Origin: an uncultured Syntrophobacteraceae bacterium
GTDB taxonomy: Bacteria > Desulfobacterota > Binatia > UBA9968
Direction of reading: 5' to 3'
Assembly: GCA_964572145.1 (NCBI GenBank)
Contig: CAZNES010000013.1
Location: 6,529-70,528, forward strand
DNA: 64,000 nt
The notes under the pieces were generated by a model. The model did no database searches. It worked only from the letters and a program-made list of their open reading frames with translations, and was not told the DNA's origin. Within the stretch, counting starts at the first letter, position 1, and every line of letters begins with the position of its first letter. The position numbers were made by a program, and so were the translations under genes. Positions 8,938 through 18,531 of the stretch are shown one piece after another.

Positions 8938-9945
8938 AGCCTTGCACAGGTGAGCCGGCATTAACTGATCGACGCGGGTCGCGCCGAGGAGCCCCATTGT
9001 CACGGTGATCTCGTTCTCCAATAATTCGAGCACGCGAACTAACCCGTCTTTTCCGGCGGCGCCAAGGCCCCAGCCTTGAAGCTTGCCGATCGCGACGGCT
9101 TTGGCGCCAAGCGCGATCGCCTTCACCACGTCGCTGCCGCGCGCGATGCCGCCGTCGAGAACGATCTCGGCTTTGCCGTCGACCGCGGCGACGATCTCCG
9201 GCAGCATCTCGATCGTCGCGCGTCCGTGATCGAGCTGCCGCCCGCCGTGGTTCGAAACGTAGACCGCAGCGACGCCGTGCTCGACGGCGATCGCCGCGTC
9301 TTCCGCCGTCGCGACGCCTTTCAAAATAAACGGTAGGCCGGCGATTTCCTTGATTGCATCCATCGTCTCCCAGGTGAGCGCCGTGCGATATTCGTAACCG
9401 GTTTGACGGCGGCTTGGCGGAAGGTAACGATCCATCATTTGCCGCTCGCGCCTACCGTAGATCGCCGTATCGACGGTCAGGCAAAGCGCGGTGTAGCCCG
9501 CGTTCTTAACGCGCGCGAGGAGACTCTCGACCCATTTCAAATCGCCCGCGACATAGAGCTGAAATATCTTCGGACTCCGGCTTGCCGCCGCAATTTCCTC
9601 TAGGCTCGGCTGAGTCACGGAGCTGACGAAATTGATCGTGCCGAATTCTTCCGCGGCTTTCGCGACGGCGACCCCGGCTTCGGGCGTAAGGAGCTGCAAC
9701 GATCCGATCGGCGCCAGCATAACGGGGATCCGGAGTCTGTGGCCGAGAAAGGTCGTGGACGTATCGATATTGGAAACATCGACGAGAATCCGCGGGCGAA
9801 ACGCCAGCGAATCGAGGCCGAGGCGGTTGCGTCGCATCGTCGTCTCCGACTCCGCGCCGCCGGTCAGATAGTCCCAGGCGTTTTGGTCGAGATTGGCGCG
9901 CGCCGCTACGATGATCTCCTGGTTGGTGACAAAATCGAGTGCCAT
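8872..9945 (-). CDS. FMN-dependent alpha-hydroxy-acid oxidase/dehydrogenase
   Basis: VSNHGGRQLD, LDGGIARGSDVVKAIALGA. Confidence 0.93.
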   Translation of the reverse strand: MALDFVTNQEIIVAARANLDQNAWDYLTGGAESETTMRRNRLGLDSLAFRPRILVDVSNIDTSTTFLGHRLRIPVMLAPIGSLQLLTPEAGVAVAKAAEEFGTINFVSSVTQPSLEEIAAASRSPKIFQLYVAGDLKWVESLLARVKNAGYTALCLTVDTAIYGRRERQMMDRYLPPSRRQTGYEYRTALTWETMDAIKEIAGLPFILKGVATAEDAAIAVEHGVAAVYVSNHGGRQLDHGRATIEMLPEIVAAVDGKAEIVLDGGIARGSDVVKAIALGAKAVAIGKLQGWGLGAAGKDGLVRVLELLENEITVTMGLLGATRVDQLMPAHLCKALPTGHAHEMSAFPHMPGGRLI

Positions 9946-9980
9946 CTTTGCCTCCTAATTATTCCGGTGGATAGTTACAG

Positions 9981-10010
9981 AAAGTAGTGGACGATGGCCG
10001 ATGATGTCAA
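9981..10010 (-). promoter_or_regulatory. Sigma70-like promoter
   Basis: TTGACA-18 nt-TACTTT upstream of 9945. Confidence 0.4.
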
Positions 10011-10018
10011 CTGAAAGA

Positions 10019-10124
10019 AGGCGATAGGCTGTAGGCGATAGTTCGGAAGAGATGGAGGAAGGAATTAGAAAGGATGGTCCCCGCATCATCTATCCTACCG
10101 CCTGTTGCCTACTGCCTACAGCCT
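10019..10124. repeat. Heptamer tandem-repeat inverted element
   Basis: Left arm AGGCGAT AGGCTGT AGGCGAT AG; right arm CCTACCG CCTGTTG CCTACTG CCTACAG CCT. Confidence 0.75.
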
Positions 10125-10166
10125 TTCCAGGTTGACAGGTGTGAAGCCACCGGCTAATTGTCTCTC

Positions 10167-11138
10167 ATGAAACTGCTGGGAGTCGCGCTGTTGCTTCTGG
10201 GTTTGCTCGCGCCCGTCTCGCTTCGGGCTGAAAAGCTCACCCTCGCTCATGTCGCCGTCAATCCCGGGCAGGGGCTGTTCTGGATCGCGCGGGAATCCGG
10301 CATTCTAGCAAAGCACGGTTTCACCGCCGACGTCGTCCTCATTCCCGGCAGCCCGCGCACCGTGCAGGCGCTGCTGGCGGGCGATCTCGACTTCATCGTC
10401 GCGGGCGCGGCCGCGGTTTTGCGCGCGCGCATGCAGGGCGCCGAGATCGCGATCCTCGCTTCGCCGTCGTCCTATTCCTCGCAGCGCGTCTTGGTCAGGC
10501 CGGACTCCGCGCTCGGCGGCCTCAAAGACCTCAAAGGCAAAATCATCGGCGTGACGCAGTTCGGATCGGCCGGCGACACGTTTCTCCGCACCGCGCTCAG
10601 AAAGGCCGGTCTCAAAGAAACCGACGTTACCGTGCTGCAGATGGGCGGCACGCCGGGCGTGACGCAGACGCTGGAGGCCGGCAGAATCGAAGTCGGCGTC
10701 TTGGGCGAATCGGGGATGCTGCTCGTTTTTCAGGGCAAGGCGCGACAGCTCAAAGGGGCGAGCGCGCGCGAGCTGGGAATACCTGGGCTCGACGCTCCCG
10801 TGACGACGACCGAGCGCAAGCTAAAGCGCGACCGCGCCGGCGTGGTCCGGTTCGTTCAGGCCTACCTGGAGACGATTCACTATTTCAAGACGAACAAAAC
10901 GGGCACGGTGCGCATCCTGCAAAAGTACATGCGCGGGTTGAGTGAGCAGCAAATCGGCACGTGGGTGGACGACGTGAAGGAAAATATCGAGCCCACGCCT
11001 TACCCGGATGACGCGGCGCTGCGCTCCGAGCTGGATCAGGTGAACGCGCCCAAGTCCCAGAGCCCGGCCTATTTTGTCGATCGAAGCGTCCTTGACGAGA
11101 TCAAGAAGAGCGGATTCATAGAGCGGCTGTACAATTAA
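10167..11138 (+). CDS. ABC transporter substrate-binding protein (NitT/TauT, NMT1/SsuA-like)
   Basis: Signal peptide, ALLAGDLDF, DLKGKIIGVTQFGS. Confidence 0.88.
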   Translation: MKLLGVALLLLGLLAPVSLRAEKLTLAHVAVNPGQGLFWIARESGILAKHGFTADVVLIPGSPRTVQALLAGDLDFIVAGAAAVLRARMQGAEIAILASPSSYSSQRVLVRPDSALGGLKDLKGKIIGVTQFGSAGDTFLRTALRKAGLKETDVTVLQMGGTPGVTQTLEAGRIEVGVLGESGMLLVFQGKARQLKGASARELGIPGLDAPVTTTERKLKRDRAGVVRFVQAYLETIHYFKTNKTGTVRILQKYMRGLSEQQIGTWVDDVKENIEPTPYPDDAALRSELDQVNAPKSQSPAYFVDRSVLDEIKKSGFIERLYN

Positions 11139-11158
11139 TATATAGGAGGAAAATTCGT

Positions 11159-11524
11159 ATGGCGAGAATCAAACACGTGGCGATCAAGTGTGAAGATCAG
11201 GAGAAGACCGCCGATTTCTACAAACAGACCTTCGGTCTGACGGAAGTTTGGCGCGGGCCGGTGCGGGAGGATGGAAACCGCGCCATTTACCTTTCGGACG
11301 GCCATATCAATCTCGCGATCCTTCCCGCGCGCGGCGGGCGAGAGGGCATCGACCATTTCGGCTTTCAGGTTGACGACATGGAGCAGACGCTTCGAGTGGC
11401 GGGCGACGCCGGCGGGAACGGAGACACCGAAAAGAAACCACGCGACGGCCGCTTTGCCGAGATGGGCGTCCATGACCCGGCGGGGACTCCAGTGGATGTA
11501 TCGGTCAACGGATGGAAAGTCTAG
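11159..11524 (+). CDS. VOC/glyoxalase-family protein
   Basis: IKHVAI...FYKQTFGL, GIDHFGFQV, DPAG; SD AGGAGG. Confidence 0.9.
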   Translation: MARIKHVAIKCEDQEKTADFYKQTFGLTEVWRGPVREDGNRAIYLSDGHINLAILPARGGREGIDHFGFQVDDMEQTLRVAGDAGGNGDTEKKPRDGRFAEMGVHDPAGTPVDVSVNGWKV

Positions 11525-11652
11525 CAGGCCGCCCACAAAGCCTCATAGGCTTCGTTGCGCTTGATTCGCTCGCTACGGCGTACCGAAAAGAGTACGCCTC
11601 CGCTCGACGAATCTTCGCGCGCCTTGCCTCTGAGAGCTTTTTGAGCAGCCTG
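11525..11652. mobile_element. 128-bp MITE-like element
   Basis: Imperfect terminal inverted repeats (CAGGCCGCCCACAAAGC / GCTTTTTGAGCAGCCTG, 14/17) and internal GGCGTAC-N8-GTACGCC hairpin. Confidence 0.55.
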
Positions 11653-11706
11653 AAAAATTAATTCTTGGGGGAACACGTCAGGCGGGTAGCCGCATCGTTC
11701 GAGCGC

Positions 11707-12210
11707 TCAGGAAACCGGGCGGGCGATGGGCCGCGCTTTTATTGTTTCCTTGTAGACGTGCACGCAGATTTCCTCGATCGTCCCGGGTGCGGAACCCGCC
11801 TCTTTGCGATCGGATTCGGACGCTTCGTACTGGATCGTGATAGATTGAACTTTTCCCGTTTGACGTTGCCACTCGACTCGGAGCAGCCGGCCGCCGATGT
11901 GATCGACATAATGCCCGGCGAGACGAAGCATCTGCGAGAGCTTCAGCGGATTGGCACGGCCCACGACCGGGCCCCGTCTCTTGCGCATCTCGAATTCTAA
12001 TTCCTTCAACTCTTCCTGAGTATAGCGGTGCTTTACCTCTTCCGAGACGGAGGTCCCTTTGTGCCAGGCCTGAATGAAGTAAATTTCGTCCTGGTATTTG
12101 ATTTCGAAGGCTTTGAGATCGAGCTGCTCCAGCTTTTGACCGATGCAGCGCAGCGTATGGGCATAGGACAACTCCGTGGCCAGCTTGCGCGCAAAATCGA
12201 GGATATTCAT
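11707..12210 (-). CDS. Hypothetical protein
   Basis: Protein-like ORF (MNILDFARKLATELSYAHTLRCIGQ...) with two loosely similar halves (LRCIGQKLE / LRLAGHYVD); start uncertain. Confidence 0.6.
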   Translation of the reverse strand: MNILDFARKLATELSYAHTLRCIGQKLEQLDLKAFEIKYQDEIYFIQAWHKGTSVSEEVKHRYTQEELKELEFEMRKRRGPVVGRANPLKLSQMLRLAGHYVDHIGGRLLRVEWQRQTGKVQSITIQYEASESDRKEAGSAPGTIEEICVHVYKETIKARPIARPVS

Positions 12211-12372
12211 ACCGGGGAATATATGAGCAATGATTATGCCAAGAGCCTCGGCGTTGAATCCATTCGATGATTTTGGGGTAGAGGACAGGCGCAGTACAAA
12301 AAGGTGCCTCCACGACAAAAATCGTCAAGGCGACGTTCCCAACCGGGCCGCTCGATAGCGCAGGCCGCGGCG

Positions 12373-12915
12373 CTACGGATGAATCAATTTTCTCTGCGCG
12401 GGTATCCTTTCTCGGGCCGGGATGAGCGTGCCGAATAGGAAATCGGCCAGAGGAAGGACGACGTTGAGATTGGTGTAATGACGTTGGTGATGCTGGTGGT
12501 GATGTGCGTCGAGCCAGGCGAACCACGCGCTCTTCTCAAACCGGCGCGCCTTGGGCACGTGCATGCAGAAGTGGAGATATTCGTAGAGAAAATAATAAAC
12601 GCCGAGCGCCGCCATGCCGCCGAAGAAAATATTTACCTGGAGCAGATGCTGGACCCAGAAAACCAGGGGCGCGTGCAGCCCGATGATCAAGGGCGCGTTC
12701 CACCAGGCGAATCTGATGTTCTTGTGGTTTTGCCCCTCTGGGAGAAAATAAGTGGACCCGGAGCGAAAAATACCGTGGTGGATCAAGGCGTGAGATCGAA
12801 ACGGATACGACCAAAATGGTTGATGCATCAAGAACCGATGTAAAAACCATTCAAAAAAACTGGCGTACAGGAAGAAACCGATAAACCCTGCCGCCCATTC
12901 CAGGGGTTCTATCAT
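12373..12915 (-). CDS. Sterol desaturase / fatty-acid hydroxylase family membrane protein
   Basis: His boxes HRFLMH, HALIHH, HFCMH, HHHQHH plus hydrophobic segments; start reset to MIEPLEW. Confidence 0.85.
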   Translation of the reverse strand: MIEPLEWAAGFIGFFLYASFFEWFLHRFLMHQPFWSYPFRSHALIHHGIFRSGSTYFLPEGQNHKNIRFAWWNAPLIIGLHAPLVFWVQHLLQVNIFFGGMAALGVYYFLYEYLHFCMHVPKARRFEKSAWFAWLDAHHHQHHQRHYTNLNVVLPLADFLFGTLIPARERIPAQRKLIHP

Positions 12916-12954
12916 TCTTTCCTCTTTCCCGGATGGGCTAAAATCGATGAAAGG

Positions 12955-12983
12955 GAAGGGGCAAACCGACCCGTTGCCCCTTC
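12955..12983 (-). terminator. Hairpin after the RRM gene (possible weak terminator or stabiliser)
   Basis: GAAGGGGCAA...TTGCCCCTTC 10-bp stem with only a short U tail. Confidence 0.45.
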
Positions 12984-13000
12984 TTCGTCGATCGTGAAAC

Positions 13001-13327
13001 CTACCAGCGCTCGCGGCCGCCGCCGCCTCTGTTTCCTCCGCGACCCCCTCCGCCGCCACCGCCACCGCCGTCACGGTTTCCCATCGGCTTGGCCTCATTG
13101 ACGACGAGCGTGCGCCCGTCGAGCTGCGTGCCGTTCAGCGCTTCCATCGCCTTTTGCGCCTCGCCGCCGGAGCTCATCTCCACGAAGCCGAAGCCGCGCG
13201 ATTGCCCGGTGAATTTGTCCGAGATCACCTTTGCCGACTCTACGGTGCCGTGCGCCGCGAAGATTTCCTGCAATCGCCCTTCCGTTACGGAATAGGGGAG
13301 ACCGCCGACATATAATTTATTACCCAT
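13001..13327 (-). CDS. RRM-domain RNA-binding protein with Gly-rich tail
   Basis: RNP2 LYVGGL and RNP1 RGFGFVEM; strong SD. Confidence 0.95.
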   Translation of the reverse strand: MGNKLYVGGLPYSVTEGRLQEIFAAHGTVESAKVISDKFTGQSRGFGFVEMSSGGEAQKAMEALNGTQLDGRTLVVNEAKPMGNRDGGGGGGGGGRGGNRGGGGRERW

Positions 13328-13556
13328 ATTCTCCCTCCTTTGAGAGAATGTTGATGTCTTTGACCCTGAGAAGCTGACCGCTAAGAGGAGCAGAACATGG
13401 GGAACTAAAAGGCTGGAACCACGCTCTGGTCGGTTTTATCCTTTAGGTATCGTTTCGCAAGGGAGAGACGGACTGGACCTTCAACTCTTCAAACTCCGAT
13501 TTCAGGAGGCCCCATACTGAAATAGAAGCCGACTCTACTTTGTTTCATTCTCCGTT

Positions 13557-13991
13557 TCAACTGCCTCTGGCTTTTTTCTTCGGGTTCAATTTGCGGGCCA
13601 GCCGCAGGCGCTGCTTGGCGCAAGACGCGGTATCCTGGCATATCAAGCACGAGGGACAGATCCATCCGCCGCAAGCGCAGCGGCCTCCGGGCTTGTTTGC
13701 CCGGCCGGGGGCGCTTCGGAACGAGGCGTGGCAGCCGGAGCAGATAATGTCGGTGACGCCTTCCAGGACTACCATATCCTCGATCGGGGCGATCCGCCGC
13801 ATGATCTCCCCTTGAACGAGAACGCGGTATTGATAGAGTTGCTTGGTCGTGACGTTGCCGAGCGACTCGCCGCCCTGAGTGAAGCAGACCTTAAGCGCCG
13901 TGGTTCCGTCGATCCGCCCTTCGTACCCAGCGACCCGATGCCGTATGAGCGTTCCGTCTTGCAGTTTGACTTCCTCTCTTGCGTCTGACAT
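13557..13991 (-). CDS. Hypothetical Cys-rich (zinc-finger-like) protein
   Basis: CSGC...CAC...CPSCLIC...C; SD AAGGAGG. Confidence 0.7.
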   Translation of the reverse strand: MSDAREEVKLQDGTLIRHRVAGYEGRIDGTTALKVCFTQGGESLGNVTTKQLYQYRVLVQGEIMRRIAPIEDMVVLEGVTDIICSGCHASFRSAPGRANKPGGRCACGGWICPSCLICQDTASCAKQRLRLARKLNPKKKARGS

Positions 13992-14019
13992 ATCCCCTCC
14001 TTACACTACCCACGGCAAT

Positions 14020-14053
14020 AAAAAAGCCTCCGGCTCGTTTAAAGCTCAGAGGC
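14020..14053 (-). terminator. Intrinsic terminator inside the leader of 13557..13991
   Basis: Minus strand GCCUCUGAGCU-UUAAACG-AGCCGGAGGC followed by UUUUUU. Confidence 0.65.
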
Positions 14054-14216
14054 GTTTCAAAGATGACGAAAGATAAGCTCTAAAGGACAACTCACCCTAT
14101 CATCATGGCCACGATCTGGCAACGGGCACTGGAAGCTTTCCAAGCCCGGAGCTTCGCAGTTCCAGCCGATCGCTAATCTTGTCCGGGGCGTCTAATCCGC
14201 GTTTATTAGAGGATCG

Positions 14217-16049
14217 ATGAATCAAAATGCTTCCAATCGCCGCGGCGACATCCGCAACGTCGCCATCATCGCGCACGTCGATCACGGTAAGACGACGCTG
14301 GTCGACGGCATGCTGCGCCAGAGCGGCATCTTTCGCGCCAACGAGCGGGTGATCGATCGCGTCATGGATTCGCTCGACCTCGAGCGCGAGCGCGGCATCA
14401 CGATCCTGGCGAAGAACACTTCGGTTCACTACGGTGAGGTAAAGATCAATATCGTCGATACTCCCGGCCACGCGGATTTCGGCGGCGAGGTCGAGCGGAC
14501 GCTGGCAATGGTGGACGGCGTGATGCTCTTGGTCGATGCTTCCGAGGGGCCGCTGCCGCAGACGCGCTTCGTTTTAAAAAAAGCGCTGGAGGCCGGATTG
14601 CCGCCCGTCGTCTGCATCAACAAGATCGACCGCGCCGACGCGCGGCCCGCCGAGGTGCTGGACGAGATCTACGATCTCTTCATCGATCTCGACGCCAACG
14701 AAGACCAACTCGATTTTCCCATCGTCTACACCAACGCCCGCGCCGGCATCGCGATGCGCGATCTGAAACAGCCATCGGAAAATTTGAAACCCTTGTTCGA
14801 CTTGATCGTCGAGGCGCTGCCGGGGCCGGTGGCGGATGCTTCTGCGCCGACGCAGTTCCAGGCGAATAATCTGGATTACGACGACTACGTCGGCAGAATG
14901 GCGATCGGGCGGCTCAAGGGCGGCACGCTCCGCACCGGCCAGTACATGCTCTGCCGGGCGGACGGGTTCCGGCAGCCGGTGAAGGTCACGCAAGTATTCG
15001 GCTGGAGCGGTCTCAAGCGGAGCGAGGTCGAGTCGGCCGGCGCCGGCGACATCGTCGCGGTCGCCGGCATCGAAGAGATCCAGATGGGCGACACCATCGC
15101 CGACCGTGAACATCCCGAGCCGCTGCCGCCGCTGCGCGTCGACGAGCCCACCATCGCGATGATCTTTAGCGCCAACAATTCTCCGTGGGCGGGACGCGAA
15201 GGAGAGTTCGTCACGTCGCGCAAGCTGCGCGAGCGGCTCACCTACGAGCAGCGCAAGAACGTGAGCATTCGCGTCGAAGAGACCGATTCGCCGGATGCGT
15301 TCCGCGTGACCGGCAGGGGCGAGTTTCAGCTCGCCATCGTGATCGAGACCATGCGCCGCGAAGGCTACGAGCTGCAGGTCTCCAAGCCGACGGTCATCAC
15401 GCGGGAGATCGACGGCGCCGTACACGAGCCGGTGGAGTTGCTCGTGATCGACGTTCCTGAGGAGCACATCGGGATCGTCTCGCAACTGCTCGCGACCCGG
15501 CGCGGCAAGATGACCAAGATGGTGCACGGCGGTTCCGGGCGCGTGCGGCTGGAATTCGCCGTGCCGTCGAGGGGATTGATCGGCTTTCGCTCGCGCTTTT
15601 TGACCGACACGCGCGGGACGGGAATCGCCAACGCCCTTTTCAACGGCTGGGCGCCCTGGCACGGGCCGATCCAATCGCGCAGCAACGGCGCGATGGTCGC
15701 CGACCGGGAAGGCATGACGACGCCGTACGCCGTATTTCATCTCCAGGAGCGCGGCACGCTTTTCATTGCGCCGGGGACGCGCGTTTACGAGGGCATGGCC
15801 ATCGGCGAGTATTCGCGGGAGAACGACCTCAACGTCAACATCTGCCGCGAAAAGAAACTGACCAACATTCGCGCCGCCGGCCGCGACGAGAATATCCTGA
15901 TCACGCCGCACCGCGAGATGGGGCTGGAGGAAGGCATCGAGTGGATCGGCGACGACGAGCTGGTCGAAGTGACGCCGCAAGCGATCCGCCTGCGCAAAAA
16001 GATTTTAAAGCAAACGGACCGGCCGAGAAGACGGGGCGAGGGAGATTGA
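14217..16049 (+). CDS. typA: Translational GTPase TypA/BipA
   Basis: [52 protein letters not shown]. Confidence 0.97.
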   Translation: MNQNASNRRGDIRNVAIIAHVDHGKTTLVDGMLRQSGIFRANERVIDRVMDSLDLERERGITILAKNTSVHYGEVKINIVDTPGHADFGGEVERTLAMVDGVMLLVDASEGPLPQTRFVLKKALEAGLPPVVCINKIDRADARPAEVLDEIYDLFIDLDANEDQLDFPIVYTNARAGIAMRDLKQPSENLKPLFDLIVEALPGPVADASAPTQFQANNLDYDDYVGRMAIGRLKGGTLRTGQYMLCRADGFRQPVKVTQVFGWSGLKRSEVESAGAGDIVAVAGIEEIQMGDTIADREHPEPLPPLRVDEPTIAMIFSANNSPWAGREGEFVTSRKLRERLTYEQRKNVSIRVEETDSPDAFRVTGRGEFQLAIVIETMRREGYELQVSKPTVITREIDGAVHEPVELLVIDVPEEHIGIVSQLLATRRGKMTKMVHGGSGRVRLEFAVPSRGLIGFRSRFLTDTRGTGIANALFNGWAPWHGPIQSRSNGAMVADREGMTTPYAVFHLQERGTLFIAPGTRVYEGMAIGEYSRENDLNVNICREKKLTNIRAAGRDENILITPHREMGLEEGIEWIGDDELVEVTPQAIRLRKKILKQTDRPRRRGEGD

Positions 16050-16083
16050 GTAACGGCCGGGATGGCGGAGATTACCCGGACTT

Positions 16084-16983
16084 TTACGTCGTGGTAAACC
16101 GAGCTTCCAGCTCCATGTAATCCTGTAAACCTAAAAGCTCGTTGTAGTCTTTGAGCGTAGCCATCCGGTCGCCGTTGGCGGCGGTGCACCAGTCTCTTTT
16201 TAAAACCTGGAGCATGTCGGCTACGGCCTTGACCACCGTGTAACGGATCGAGTTGCAGGAGCCTATGACGAAGCCCATCGCGCGGATCTCGTCGATGGTG
16301 GCATTGCCGGCGCCGATGACCTCGTCGGAAAACATCAGCGAGACGGGCGCTTTGACTTCGCGTCCAATGCGGCCGAGCGCGTAGAGTGTTTGCTCCCGCT
16401 TGCCCTTTTCCCGCGACCAGCGCAGTGCGATCGAAATCAGATCGGCCCCGGCCTCCGCGTAGACATTGGACCGCTTGATCGCTTCATCGAGGCCGAGCGA
16501 CTCTTCGGCGTCCGTTCGGGTGCCGATCACGAAATCCTTGTCCGCGCGCGCGTGAACCGCGGCTTCGATTCTTTTCGCGTGCTCCTCGATGGGAACCACT
16601 CGCGTCGCGCCCTCGATCAGAGCGCATTTCTTCGGCCATGCCTGGTCTTCGAATGAGATGCCGGCGAGACCGGCGCGCTCGAATTCCCGCACCGTGCGGA
16701 TGATGCCCAAAGGACCGCTCAAAAAACCCGTGTCGGCGTCCACCATCAAGGGGATATCTACCGCCGCCGCGACGTTGCGGGAATGGTTCACCACTTCCAT
16801 CAAGCTCAAAAAACCCAAGTCCGGCAATCCCAGCAGGCTGGCCGTCGTGGCGTTGCCGAGCAGCTTGACCGCCGGAAATCCCGCCTGCTCCACCAGCCGG
16901 GCGGTCATGGCATCGTAGGCGCCCGGCGCGATAAAAAATTCTCTGCGCGCCAGCAGCTCGCGTAACTTTCTCGCCTTGGTCAT
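16084..16983 (-). CDS. Isocitrate lyase/PEP mutase family C-C lyase (methylisocitrate/dimethylmalate lyase-like)
   Basis: PGAYDAMTARL, GLPDLG, VDADTGF, EDQAWPKKCA; start reset to MTKARK. Confidence 0.88.
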   Translation of the reverse strand: MTKARKLRELLARREFFIAPGAYDAMTARLVEQAGFPAVKLLGNATTASLLGLPDLGFLSLMEVVNHSRNVAAAVDIPLMVDADTGFLSGPLGIIRTVREFERAGLAGISFEDQAWPKKCALIEGATRVVPIEEHAKRIEAAVHARADKDFVIGTRTDAEESLGLDEAIKRSNVYAEAGADLISIALRWSREKGKREQTLYALGRIGREVKAPVSLMFSDEVIGAGNATIDEIRAMGFVIGSCNSIRYTVVKAVADMLQVLKRDWCTAANGDRMATLKDYNELLGLQDYMELEARFTTT

Positions 16984-17005
16984 ATGGCTCTCCTCCGCTT
17001 CAGCG

Positions 17006-18031
17006 TTACTGTTTGCCGAATATATCTTGAAAATCTTTGTAAAGCCGATCGTAGCCGCGGGCCAGCTCGAGATTGCTGGCATGAATATTCACTCCCTCGA
17101 CGAGCCTGGGCGGATTGGGCTTGACGTCGGGCCGCATCGAGATGCGCCGGGACTCGGTGATCTCTATCTGTCCTTCCTGTGAAAGCGCGAAGTCGATCAG
17201 TAGCCGGGCGGCGTTCGGGTGTGGGGCTTTGTCCGCCAGTCCGACAAGATAGAGGAATCCGATCACCGGGTTGCTGCGCACCCACTCGACCGGCGCGCCC
17301 CTGGATATGAGATCCTCGATGCGCGGCCCGTAGAGCGAGATGCCGATCGGGTGCTCGCCCGCGGCGACGAGTTGGGCCATCAATGAGTGGCCCTCCCACA
17401 TCGTCGGTCTCTGTTCGGCGAGCCGGCGCATGTATTTGAGCCCGTTTTCCCTGCCCATGACCTCCAGCATATTGGCGAACCACTCGGTCTCCTCGCGGTC
17501 GATCACCATTTGACCCTTCCATTTCGGATTGAGCAGATCCTCCCAATTTTTTATTTCGCCCGGTTTCACGAACTTCGTGTTGTAGCCGATGATGGAGGTC
17601 TGAACGTACATCGTGGCCCAACGGCCTTCGGCATCCTTGAATCCTTTGGGGTACGCTTTAGTCTCGGGAGAAAGATATTTTGCGAACACGCCTTTATCCA
17701 ACATGACCTGGGCCGGGAAGCCGCGCGCCTGGATCACGTCCACCGAGTGCTTACCCGCTTGCCGCTCGGCCAGGACTCGCGTCATGAGTTTTTCGGCGCC
17801 CTCTCTCAAATGGTTGACCTTGATGAAAGGGTATTTGCCGTTGAACTTCCTGATGAAGCCGGCGACGTCGGCAACGCTGAAGCCGCCGTAAAAAACAACC
17901 TCGCCCTCTTTTTTTGCCGCTTCGATCATCTTGTCCCGTTCGGATTGGCCTTGGGCCGGCGCCGAAAAGGCGCACAGCGCGGCGACGAAGATCGACAGGA
18001 GCGACCCTGCGGTGATTTTTTCCGTGTTCAT
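17006..18031 (-). CDS. Extracellular solute-binding protein (Fe3+/AfuA-like family)
   Basis: Signal peptide, AAKKEGEVVFY, WEDLLNPKWKG, APHPNAARLLIDF. Confidence 0.88.
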   Translation of the reverse strand: MNTEKITAGSLLSIFVAALCAFSAPAQGQSERDKMIEAAKKEGEVVFYGGFSVADVAGFIRKFNGKYPFIKVNHLREGAEKLMTRVLAERQAGKHSVDVIQARGFPAQVMLDKGVFAKYLSPETKAYPKGFKDAEGRWATMYVQTSIIGYNTKFVKPGEIKNWEDLLNPKWKGQMVIDREETEWFANMLEVMGRENGLKYMRRLAEQRPTMWEGHSLMAQLVAAGEHPIGISLYGPRIEDLISRGAPVEWVRSNPVIGFLYLVGLADKAPHPNAARLLIDFALSQEGQIEITESRRISMRPDVKPNPPRLVEGVNIHASNLELARGYDRLYKDFQDIFGKQ

Positions 18032-18055
18032 GAGACGCGTTTTTTCTTCCCACGC

Positions 18056-18517
18056 TTATTTGAACTGTCCGCCGGTCTTCAAATAGGGCATCAGTCCGCC
18101 CTTTGCGAGAATCTGCCGGGCGAAGTCGGGAAGCGCATCGCCGCTGAGGGTTTGGCCGGAGCGTAGGTTGCGCACGCATCCGGCGACGTAATCCACCTCG
18201 ATCTCATCTCCCTCGCGGACGGCTCCCGCGATGCCGCCGCACTCCATCGCAGGAAGGCCGATGTTGATCAGGGTTCTCAAGAAAATATTGGAAATAGACT
18301 CGGCCACCACTCCGGCGATTCCGGCTTCCTTGAGAGACCTCGGCGCGTGCTCGTCGCTGGCGCCCATGCCGAAGAATTTGCCGGCGATCAGAATATCCCC
18401 CGGCTTGACCTTGTGCTTGAATTCCGGATCGACGCCGCCCATGACCCCGTCGATGTTTCCGCAATCGATGGAGTCGCCGAATTTCCAGACGCGTCCCTTA
18501 ATCGCCAATGCGCTCAT
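18056..18517 (-). CDS. LeuD/DmdB-like hydro-lyase small subunit (divergent)
   Basis: GRVWKFGD, GDILIAGKFFGMG, IFLRTLINIGLP, ILAKGGL; start reset to MSALAIK. Confidence 0.85.
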   Translation of the reverse strand: MSALAIKGRVWKFGDSIDCGNIDGVMGGVDPEFKHKVKPGDILIAGKFFGMGASDEHAPRSLKEAGIAGVVAESISNIFLRTLINIGLPAMECGGIAGAVREGDEIEVDYVAGCVRNLRSGQTLSGDALPDFARQILAKGGLMPYLKTGGQFK

Positions 18518-18531
18518 CGCAAGTTCCTGTT

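Noticed and set aside
14062-14110. Match to fluoride, yybP-ykoY or c-di-GMP riboswitch
   Set aside because: Consensus nucleotides of these classes could not be aligned by eye; kept only as an unclassified leader.
14574-15980. 468-aa minus-strand ORF
   Set aside because: Antisense shadow of typA, typical of high-GC codon bias; no motifs.
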